From Eubacteriales bacterium (GTDB lineage Bacteria > Bacillota > Clostridia > Oscillospirales > CAG-382): a stretch of 64,000 bases of DNA. Shown piece after piece: positions 47,586 to 55,804 of the stretch (position 1 is the stretch's first letter; every line of letters starts with the position of its first letter). Both the position numbers and the translations under genes were made by a program. Where the stretch lies: NCBI GenBank assembly GCA_045637685.1, contig JAZTZW010000016.1:91670-155669 (forward strand), read 5' to 3'. The notes beneath the pieces were generated by a model. It made no database searches. It was not told the origin of the DNA and worked only from the letters and a program-made list of their open reading frames with translations.

Positions 47586-48431
47586 ATGTCTTTTATTGAA
47601 GCGCGCGGGATTGAATTTGCATATTCGCCCGAGGAAGAAAAGGTAATAAAGAATATCGACCTAAAAATCGAAAAAGGCAGCTACGTTGCCATTCTCGGTC
47701 ACAACGGTTGCGGAAAAAGCACGCTCGCAAAGCTTCTTTGCGGTATTCTTCTGCCGACCGAGGGGCAAATACTTATCGACGGCGCGAACACCGCCGACGA
47801 AAGCACAAGCTTCGAAATACGCAAAAAATGCGGTATGGTCTTTCAAAATCCCGACAACCAGCTTGTTGCAAGCATTGTCGAGGAGGACGTTGCGTTTGCA
47901 CCCGAAAATTTGGGCTTACCGCGCGAGGAAATAAGAAGACGCGTTGACAAGGCGCTCGAAACCGTCGATATGACCGAATATGCAAGGCACGCGACCTATA
48001 AGCTTTCGGGCGGGCAGAAGCAGCGCATCGCTATTGCGGGAATGCTTGCGATGAGCCCCGAATGCATTATTTTCGACGAAGCGACGGCTATGCTCGACCC
48101 GACGGGCAGAAAGGAAATAGTCGCGGCGATGAAGCGGCTCAATTCCGAAATAGGTATAACCGTCGTTACCATAACCCACTATATGAACGAGGCTGTCGAG
48201 GCGGACAGAGTAATCGTTATGAACAGCGGCGAAATTATCGCCGACGGCACGCCGAAGGAGATTTTTTCCGAGGTGGAAAAGCTGCAATCGGTTTCGCTTG
48301 CCGTTCCGCAGGTTGCAGAGCTTATGTATTTGCTTGAGCAGGACGGTCAACCGCTTCCCCGCGGTGTTTTGCACGCGATGGATGCCGCCGACGTGTTAGA
48401 GGCGTTTATTAAGGGGGCAGAAAATGAATAA
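47586..48431 (+). CDS. ecfA1: energy-coupling factor transporter ATPase EcfA1
   Basis: GHNGCGKST Walker A, LSGGQKQR and IIFDEATAMLD. Confidence 0.85.
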   Translation: MSFIEARGIEFAYSPEEEKVIKNIDLKIEKGSYVAILGHNGCGKSTLAKLLCGILLPTEGQILIDGANTADESTSFEIRKKCGMVFQNPDNQLVASIVEEDVAFAPENLGLPREEIRRRVDKALETVDMTEYARHATYKLSGGQKQRIAIAGMLAMSPECIIFDEATAMLDPTGRKEIVAAMKRLNSEIGITVVTITHYMNEAVEADRVIVMNSGEIIADGTPKEIFSEVEKLQSVSLAVPQVAELMYLLEQDGQPLPRGVLHAMDAADVLEAFIKGAENE

Positions 48432-49284
48432 TGCTCTTGAACTGAAAAATATAAGTGTTATCTACGGTGAGGGCACGCCCTTCCGCAAGGCGGCGCTGAA
48501 CAATATAAGCACGGTTTTCCCGAAGGGCGAAATAACCGGCATTATCGGTCATACGGGCAGCGGAAAAAGCACGCTCGCCTCGCTTTTGAACGGACTTTTA
48601 AAGCCCACCGAGGGCGAAATACTTCTTTTCGGTGAAAATATATGGGCAAAGCCGAAGGAAATGGTGAAAATAAGAAGCCGTGTCGGGCTGGTGTTCCAAT
48701 ACCCCGAATATCAGCTTTTCGATGAAACGGTGGAATCCGATATTGCCTTCGGGCCGAAAAATATCGGGCTTGACGAGGCAGAAATAAAAAACCGTGTTCG
48801 TCTTGCCGCAGAATTTTGCGGACTTTCCGAAAAGGAGCTTAAGCGTTCACCCTTTGAGCTTTCGGGCGGGCAAAAGCGCAGAGCCGCTATTGCAGGCGTG
48901 CTTGCGATGCGCCCCGAGGTAATTGTGCTCGACGAGCCTGCGGCAGGGCTTGACCCCAAAGGCCGCGAGGAGATACTTTCGGGCTTGGTGGAATATAAAA
49001 ACACCTACGGTGCGACACTTTTGATAATCTCGCACAGTATGGAGGATATTGCAAAATACGCCGACAGAATTTTGGTAATGAAGGACGGCGAAATATATAT
49101 GCAGGGCGGCGTAGAGGAGATATTTATGCAAGCCGAAAGGCTGTTTGACGCAAATCTCGACCTGCCCCAAATAACAAAGCTGTTTATAGAGCTTAAAAAG
49201 CGCGGCCTTTGCCAAAGCACCGACGTTTATACCGTCGGCTACGCAAAAAAGGAAATAGAAAAAATTATCGCGGAAAGAAAATAA
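48424..49284 (+). CDS. ecfA2: energy-coupling factor transporter ATPase EcfA2
   Basis: GHTGSGKST, LSGGQKRR and IVLDEPAAGLD. Overlaps ecfA1 by 8 nt. Confidence 0.85.
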   Translation: MNNALELKNISVIYGEGTPFRKAALNNISTVFPKGEITGIIGHTGSGKSTLASLLNGLLKPTEGEILLFGENIWAKPKEMVKIRSRVGLVFQYPEYQLFDETVESDIAFGPKNIGLDEAEIKNRVRLAAEFCGLSEKELKRSPFELSGGQKRRAAIAGVLAMRPEVIVLDEPAAGLDPKGREEILSGLVEYKNTYGATLLIISHSMEDIAKYADRILVMKDGEIYMQGGVEEIFMQAERLFDANLDLPQITKLFIELKKRGLCQSTDVYTVGYAKKEIEKIIAERK

Positions 49285-49342
49285 CCCCAATATAACCTTA
49301 CCAAATACAGAAAGGTATCGCGACGAGAACCCACCAAATTAG

Positions 49343-49398
49343 TTGTATGGTACACCGCGAAACTAAAATGGTGTGTTACACACCCGCGAAACTAAAAA
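49343..49398 (+). promoter_or_regulatory. paired TTGTAT...CGCGAAAC[T/C]AAAA motifs directly abutting the ecfT start codon
   Basis: ttgtatggtacaccgcgaaactaaaatggtgtgttacacacccgcgaaactaaaaaATG. Homologous to 59035-59104 upstream of mscL. Confidence 0.4.
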
Positions 49399-50244
49399 AT
49401 GCTTAAAGACGTGACCTTCGGGCAGTATTATCCGGGAAATTCGTTGCTTCACCGCACCGACCCGAGGATAAAGATGCTTATATTAATTGAATATCTTGTG
49501 CTCGTGCTGGTCGCAAGCAGCGAATTGGCGGCGGCGCTTTCGCTTGCCTTTACGGTGTTTCTTATCGCAGTTTCGGGCGTTCGGTTCGGGGTGCTTATAA
49601 AATCGGTAAAGCCGCTTTTGTTCGTGCTTATATTCACGGCGATTATCAATTTGTTTTTCACCGTTGGCGAGGGAACGCCTTTGGTCGATTGGGGCTTTAT
49701 TACGATATACGCAAACGGCATACGCAACGCCGTGATGATGCTTTTGCGATTGCTTTCGCTCGTGCTCGGCACAAGCGTGCTTATATCGTTCACGACAAGC
49801 CCGCTTGAGCTGACCGACGCGATAGAGGCTTTGCTTTCTCCGCTGAAGAAGATAAAGGTACCGGTGCACGAATTTGCGATGATGATGTCTATCGCCCTGC
49901 GCTTTATACCGACGCTTATCGAGGAAACAAACAAGATAATTTCGGCACAAAAGGCAAGATGCGCCGATTTTGAAAGCGGAAACCTGCTTAAGCGCATAAA
50001 GGCGCTCGTGCCGATACTGATACCGCTGTTCGTATCGGCTGTGCGTCGCGCCGAGGAGCTTGCCGACGCGATGGAATGCCGTTGCTATAACGGCGGCGAG
50101 GGCAGAACCAAGCTTAAGGTTATGAAATCGCGCCCCGCAGACTATGTTTTTCTGCTTGCGGTAACGGTTATTACCGTTTCGGTGTTCTTTTTGAATAACA
50201 TCTCGGTATCGGAGATAGTTGAAATATGCAAGGCTATATTTTAA
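49399..50244 (+). CDS. ecfT: energy-coupling factor transporter transmembrane subunit EcfT
   Basis: CbiQ-family topology. YYPGNSLLHRTDPRIK N-terminus. Confidence 0.85.
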   Translation: MLKDVTFGQYYPGNSLLHRTDPRIKMLILIEYLVLVLVASSELAAALSLAFTVFLIAVSGVRFGVLIKSVKPLLFVLIFTAIINLFFTVGEGTPLVDWGFITIYANGIRNAVMMLLRLLSLVLGTSVLISFTTSPLELTDAIEALLSPLKKIKVPVHEFAMMMSIALRFIPTLIEETNKIISAQKARCADFESGNLLKRIKALVPILIPLFVSAVRRAEELADAMECRCYNGGEGRTKLKVMKSRPADYVFLLAVTVITVSVFFLNNISVSEIVEICKAIF

Positions 50245-50960
50245 AAATAGCATACAAGGGCACGAATTATTGCGGCTGGCAGGTACAGCCCGATAAGCCG
50301 ACGGTGCAGGCAACCGTGCAAAGCGCGGTAGAAGCGGCGTTCGGTACGAAGGTTGAGCTTACCGGCTGCAGCAGGACCGATTCGGGTGTTCACGCGCGCG
50401 GCTTCGTCGCGCTTGTATGCGGCGAGCTTCCGTTGATTCCCGCAGAGGCGTTCATTCTTGCGGTGAACACAAAGCTCCCGCCCGATATTGCCTTGACCGA
50501 CGCAAGGTATGCGCCCGAAGGATTCCACCCAAGATACGACGCAAAGGGCAAGGAATACGTATATATCGTTCACAATTCGAAAATAAGAGACCCCTTTTCG
50601 GAGGAAACGGCTTGGCAATTCCCCCGCGAAATAGATTTGGAAAAGGCAAATGCACTTTGCAAGGAATTCGTGGGCAAAAAGGATTTTTGTGCATTTATGG
50701 CGGCAGGCTCGAAAATAACCGACACGATACGCGAGGTAAAGTATTTTTATGCCGAGCGCGAGGGCGACAGAGTGATATTCACGGTCGCGGCAGACGGTTT
50801 CTTATATAATATGGTAAGAATAATGGTAGGCACCGTGGTTTCGGCGGCATCGGGAACGAAAATTTTGCCGATAAGCGAAATAATCGAATCCCGCGAGAGA
50901 GCAAATGCAGGAATAACAGCGCCCGCAAAGGGATTATTTCTAAACAAGGTGTTTTATTGA
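50226..50960 (+). CDS. truA: tRNA pseudouridine(38-40) synthase
   Basis: YKGTNYCGWQVQP N-terminus and the conserved ecfAAT-truA synteny. Confidence 0.85.
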   Translation: MQGYILKIAYKGTNYCGWQVQPDKPTVQATVQSAVEAAFGTKVELTGCSRTDSGVHARGFVALVCGELPLIPAEAFILAVNTKLPPDIALTDARYAPEGFHPRYDAKGKEYVYIVHNSKIRDPFSEETAWQFPREIDLEKANALCKEFVGKKDFCAFMAAGSKITDTIREVKYFYAEREGDRVIFTVAADGFLYNMVRIMVGTVVSAASGTKILPISEIIESRERANAGITAPAKGLFLNKVFY

Positions 50961-50990
50961 AATTTTGTAAAATAATAAAGGAGGTAGCCA

Positions 50991-52226
50991 ATGAGCGCGT
51001 TTTCGATATTTAAGGATAAAAAATCAAAGCAAGGCAAGCAAGAAACGCCGACGGTAGAGGCACACTATATAAAGCTCGCGCGAAGGGCTTCTCTGCTTCG
51101 ATATACCGTGCTGGTGCTGGTGGTGCTTTTTGCGGTATATTCCTTCTCGTTCCACAGCAGCGAAATAACGGTGGATAACTTTGAATATATGATGAAGTTT
51201 TTGAATCTGGGCGAGGATACCGAAACCCACGAAAACACATTAATTGCGTTTGACGGAAGCAAGGGCAACCGCGGACTGATATATAAGGGCGACCTTGCGA
51301 TACTGAACGAAAACGGGCTTACCGTTACGGGCTGGGACGGCGACGTGATACTTCGCGAAAGCTTTACCTTCGACCACCCGAAAATGATAGAAAACGGAAC
51401 AAATATTTTTTGCTACGATTTGGGCGGCAAGGAGCTGCGGATTTTCAATTCCTATTCACAGCTTCAAAAAACCTCCTACGATTACCCCGTTTATTGGGTG
51501 TCTGCCGCCGCAAGCGGCGAATATGCGGTGGTAAGCTCGGCAAAGGGCTACCGTTCCGCGGTATATGTTTACGATAAAGAATTCCGCATACGCTATTCCC
51601 GCCTTTTCGGCGATAAATACGTGGATTTCGTTGCCATTTCTCCGAACGGACAGGAATTTGTAACAGCGGCGCACTATTCGAAAAACGGCAACCTTATAAC
51701 CCAGATATCGAAATTCAGCATAACCGCCGAAAACGCGCTGTTTACGCAGGAATTCATAGGCGAGATACCGCTCGGCATATATTACACAGACGAAGGCTTT
51801 TGCTTGCTCACGACCGACAAAATGCGGGTTTTCAACGACAGTAACGAAATTTTGTCGGAAACCCTGCTTACCGAACGCGAGCTTCTTTCGGGCAAGGTGT
51901 TCGGAAGCCGCACGCTTGTGAATTACGCGCTTGAAGGGCTTTCGGGCGGTACCGAAACCGTAATCTACCGCGCCGACGGAAGCGTTGAATTCAGCAAAAG
52001 CTTTGATACCTCGCTTTCGGATACGCTTATTTGCGAAAATACTCTTTATACCCTCTCTCCCGGTGTGCTTACGGTATGCGATATGGCAACGGGCACCGAA
52101 AAGGCTTATTCGATACCCACCTCGTATTCCTCGCTGGTTGCCGACGGAAACGAGCTTATACTGTTTTCTGAAAACCAAGCCGAATATTTTATCGCCTCGG
52201 CTTACGAAGGAAAGGAAGAAGATTAA
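50991..52226 (+). CDS. hypothetical membrane-anchored protein (N-terminal TM plus beta-propeller-like repeats; DUF5711-like)
   Basis: TM LLRYTVLVLVVLFAVYSF, followed by repeated hydrophobic/Gly-Asp beta-strand patterns. Confidence 0.5.
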   Translation: MSAFSIFKDKKSKQGKQETPTVEAHYIKLARRASLLRYTVLVLVVLFAVYSFSFHSSEITVDNFEYMMKFLNLGEDTETHENTLIAFDGSKGNRGLIYKGDLAILNENGLTVTGWDGDVILRESFTFDHPKMIENGTNIFCYDLGGKELRIFNSYSQLQKTSYDYPVYWVSAAASGEYAVVSSAKGYRSAVYVYDKEFRIRYSRLFGDKYVDFVAISPNGQEFVTAAHYSKNGNLITQISKFSITAENALFTQEFIGEIPLGIYYTDEGFCLLTTDKMRVFNDSNEILSETLLTERELLSGKVFGSRTLVNYALEGLSGGTETVIYRADGSVEFSKSFDTSLSDTLICENTLYTLSPGVLTVCDMATGTEKAYSIPTSYSSLVADGNELILFSENQAEYFIASAYEGKEED

Positions 52227-52951
52227 TGAGCATTTTACTTGACGTTGTAATAATTGCGATAATCGCTCTTACGGTATATTTTTCTTACAAAAACGGGTTT
52301 GTAAAAACCGCAATAAGCGCAGTTTCGTTTATACTTGCGGTGGCAATTACCGCGATGTTCGCTTCTCCGCTTGCCGATTATCTTAAAGAAACATCGGTTG
52401 CCGAAACGGTCGAAAGCGCGACCGAGGAAGCGATAACCGATATGCTTGTAAAGGACCCCGTGGGGGTTGAAGGTCTGCTCGACGGCAAATCCGAGGAATT
52501 CAATAAAATGCTTGCGCTCGCACGGCTCGACAGAAACGAGCTTTCCGCTTGGTACGCGCAAAACGTTGCAAACAGCGAGCTTGGCGAAAGCGCGCTTGCA
52601 ACACGTATCGCCGAGCCGATGGTGGATATTATCGCGATGATTATCGCTATCGCAATACTTTTCATCGGCACCCAGATAATACTCAGCATCGCCGCGTTCT
52701 TCCTTAACAAAATCGCGAGCCTGCCCATACTCCGCACCGCGAACAAGGGGCTTGGCTTGGTTGTCGGCGTGGTGCTTGCACTGCTGCGCGTATGCCTGTT
52801 CTGTTACGTTATGACCGTTCTTATCGAAAATGCGCAGTTTATCGGCAGCAGCTTTATAAGCAATCTTGACCCCGACAGCACCTTATTCTTCAAAATCTTC
52901 TCGAGCATAGATATTTTCGCATTCTTTAACGTTACCCAAAGCGTTAACTAA
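52226..52951 (+). CDS. CvpA-family membrane protein
   Basis: N-terminal LLDVVIIAIIALTVYFSYKNGFV pattern typical of CvpA, and four TM helices. Confidence 0.6.
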   Translation: MSILLDVVIIAIIALTVYFSYKNGFVKTAISAVSFILAVAITAMFASPLADYLKETSVAETVESATEEAITDMLVKDPVGVEGLLDGKSEEFNKMLALARLDRNELSAWYAQNVANSELGESALATRIAEPMVDIIAMIIAIAILFIGTQIILSIAAFFLNKIASLPILRTANKGLGLVVGVVLALLRVCLFCYVMTVLIENAQFIGSSFISNLDPDSTLFFKIFSSIDIFAFFNVTQSVN

Positions 52952-52960
52952 GGTGACACA

Positions 52961-53494
52961 ATGAAACATATTCCAAATATTCTTTCGACGATAAGGCTTT
53001 TGATGATACCGCTTTTCGTCGTTTCATACTTCAAATTCAACCCATACGTCGCAACGGCGATATACGTTGCGGCTTGGCTGACCGACGCGCTCGACGGCTA
53101 CCTTGCGCGGCGAAACAACTGGATAACCGATATAGGTAAGCTTCTCGACCCGCTTGCCGACAAGCTTATGCAGCTTGCCGCGGCTGTCTGCTTTACCATA
53201 GATAACCTTTTGTTCCTTGCCGTGCTTATTCCGCTCGTGTTAAAGGAAACGGCAATAATGGTCGGCGGTATGCTTATAATAAAGCGCAACAAGGTTGTCG
53301 TTCAAGCAAGCTGGTACGGCAAGCTGGCAACGATTGTAATATTCGTTTGCGCGTTTTTAAGGTTGCTTATAAGAGACAGCCTTGCGCTCGATATTACCGT
53401 GTGCGTGCTTATACTCTTTATGCTTATCTTTTCCCTGCTTATGTATTATTTTAAGGTTTTCAGGGGTAAATATAACGAAACCCTTCGTAAATAA
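52961..53494 (+). CDS. pgsA: CDP-diacylglycerol--glycerol-3-phosphate 3-phosphatidyltransferase
   Basis: CDP-alcohol phosphatidyltransferase motif DALDGYLARR...G...LDPLADK. Confidence 0.8.
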   Translation: MKHIPNILSTIRLLMIPLFVVSYFKFNPYVATAIYVAAWLTDALDGYLARRNNWITDIGKLLDPLADKLMQLAAAVCFTIDNLLFLAVLIPLVLKETAIMVGGMLIIKRNKVVVQASWYGKLATIVIFVCAFLRLLIRDSLALDITVCVLILFMLIFSLLMYYFKVFRGKYNETLRK

Positions 53495-53510
53495 TGAGGT
53501 GACTTTATAA

Positions 53511-55784
53511 ATGGAATTAAAAAGATGCTCGCGCTGTAAGGTGCGCCCCGCAATAATTTTTGTGCAAAAAAACGTCGGGGGCAAAATAACAAGTGAGGGC
53601 TACTGCATTAAATGCGCTCAGGAGCTCGGCATAAAGCCTATCGACGATATTCTTAACCAGATGAATATTAGCCCCGAGGATATCGACGCGCTTGACGAGG
53701 GTATGAGCGGACTTATGCCGCTCGGCGACGAAAACGACGAGGAGGGCAGAGCGCCTTCTATCGATATAAACTCCTTCTTCGGAAACGGCAAGCCGATGGA
53801 AAGCGGCGAAAGCAGAGGCGAAGGAGAGGCAAAGCAAAGCCAAAAGCCGAAGGGCAAGCGCGGAACAAGCTATCTGCGTGATTTCTGTATCTGCCTTACC
53901 GAGCGCGCAAGAGAAGGCAAGCTCGACAACATTATCGGCAGAGATAACGAGCTTGAACGCGTTATTCAGATACTCACGCGCAGACAAAAAAACAACCCCT
54001 GCCTTATCGGCGAGCCGGGTGTCGGCAAAACCGCGGTGGCAGAGGCTTTGGCGCAGAAAATTGTTAAAGGCGACGTGCCCTATAAATTAAAAAATAAAGA
54101 AATATACCTTGTGGATATGACCGCCATTGTTGCGGGAACGCAATTCCGCGGTCAGTTCGAAAACCGTATGCGCGGCCTTATCGAGGAAACCAAAAAAGCA
54201 GGCAACGCCGTGCTTGTTATCGACGAGGTGCATTCTATTGTCGGTGCGGGCAACGCCGAAGGCGGTATGAACGCGGCAAATATTTTAAAGCCCGCCCTTT
54301 CACGCGGGGAAATTCAGCTTATCGGCGCAACCACATTAAAGGAATACCGCCAATATATCGAAAAGGACGCCGCGCTTGAACGCAGATTCCAGCCGGTTAT
54401 GATAGGCGAGCCTTCGATAGAGGATAGCGTTAAAATTCTTGCAGGTATTAAAAAATACTACGAAAGCCACCACGGAATAACCATTCCCGATTATTTGATT
54501 CGCAGAATGGTAACCCTTTCGGAACGCTATATTACAGACAGATTTTTGCCCGACAAGGCGATAGACCTTATGGACGAAGCCTGCGCGAGTATGGCTATGC
54601 ATTCCCCGATAATTAACGAAATTGCACTTGTTTCGGAGGAGCTTGCAAATCTTCGCGCCGAGCTTGCCCCCGTTGAAAGCAAGGAAAACCCCGAGGAAGA
54701 GGATTTTCGCCGTATCGCCGATTTAAAAACCGCGATACTGCAAAAGGAAGCGCGCTTTAACGAGCTTTCGGCAGAGCGCGACAAGCTTTGCCTTACCGAT
54801 GCCGAAATAGCAAGGGTTATAGAGGTTTGGACGGGTATCCCCGCAACAAATATAAGCGAAAACGAATTTGTTAAAATAGAACGTCTTGAGGACGAAATTA
54901 AAAAGCGCATAGTGGGTCAGGACGAAGCGGTGAGCTCGGTCGCAAAGGCGATAAAACGCTCACGCGCGGGAATTTCTTATAAGAAAAAGCCTGTTTCCTT
55001 TATCTTCGCGGGCAGTACGGGCGTCGGCAAGACCGAGCTTGTAAAGGTGCTTGCGCGCTATCTGTTCGATTCGCCCGAGGCGTTGATTCGCCTCGATATG
55101 AGCGAATTTATGGAAAAGCATTCGGTTTCGCGCATAATCGGCTCGCCCCCCGGCTACGTTGGCTACGACGACGCGGGTCAGCTTACCGAAAAGATACGCA
55201 GAAAGCCCTATACCGTTATACTTTTCGATGAGATTGAAAAGGCGCACCCCGACGTTATGAATATTCTGCTTCAGATACTTGACGACGGCAGAATAACCGA
55301 TGCACACGGCAAAGAGGTTAATTTCGAAAACACCGTGATTATTATGACGACAAACGCGGGCAGCAGCGAAAGCAGCGCTATTGCAGGGTTCGGCGAAAAC
55401 GCGATACAGAACGACAGAACAAAGGTTATGAAGGCGCTCGAAGCCTTCCTTCGCCCCGAATTTATAAACCGCGTAGACGAAATAGTGGTGTTCAACCGTC
55501 TTACCCGCGGCAATTTCGATGCGATATGCCGTATTATGCTCGGCGACCTTGTAAGCGTGCTTGCAGAAAAGGGTATGTCGCTCGAATATACCGACGCGCT
55601 CGTCGAATATCTTTCCGAAAAGGGCTATTCCGAAAAATACGGTGCGCGTAACCTGCGCAGACTTATACAGTCCGACGTTGAGGATGAGCTCGCAAGCGTT
55701 ATAGTTGCAAACTACCGCGAGCCGATAAGCCGTATTTTTGTCGATTCGGCAGACGGAAAGGTAATTATTACCGTTCAAAAATAA
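53511..55784 (+). CDS. clpE: ATP-dependent Clp protease ATP-binding subunit, ClpE-like (N-terminal zinc ribbon, two AAA+ modules)
   Basis: CSRCKVRPA...CIKCAQE zinc finger. [12 protein letters not shown] and [12 protein letters not shown] Walker A motifs. Clp R/ClpB signature regions. Confidence 0.8.
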   Translation: MELKRCSRCKVRPAIIFVQKNVGGKITSEGYCIKCAQELGIKPIDDILNQMNISPEDIDALDEGMSGLMPLGDENDEEGRAPSIDINSFFGNGKPMESGESRGEGEAKQSQKPKGKRGTSYLRDFCICLTERAREGKLDNIIGRDNELERVIQILTRRQKNNPCLIGEPGVGKTAVAEALAQKIVKGDVPYKLKNKEIYLVDMTAIVAGTQFRGQFENRMRGLIEETKKAGNAVLVIDEVHSIVGAGNAEGGMNAANILKPALSRGEIQLIGATTLKEYRQYIEKDAALERRFQPVMIGEPSIEDSVKILAGIKKYYESHHGITIPDYLIRRMVTLSERYITDRFLPDKAIDLMDEACASMAMHSPIINEIALVSEELANLRAELAPVESKENPEEEDFRRIADLKTAILQKEARFNELSAERDKLCLTDAEIARVIEVWTGIPATNISENEFVKIERLEDEIKKRIVGQDEAVSSVAKAIKRSRAGISYKKKPVSFIFAGSTGVGKTELVKVLARYLFDSPEALIRLDMSEFMEKHSVSRIIGSPPGYVGYDDAGQLTEKIRRKPYTVILFDEIEKAHPDVMNILLQILDDGRITDAHGKEVNFENTVIIMTTNAGSSESSAIAGFGENAIQNDRTKVMKALEAFLRPEFINRVDEIVVFNRLTRGNFDAICRIMLGDLVSVLAEKGMSLEYTDALVEYLSEKGYSEKYGARNLRRLIQSDVEDELASVIVANYREPISRIFVDSADGKVIITVQK

Positions 55785-55804
55785 ACCCACAGAGGTTTTT
55801 GTAA

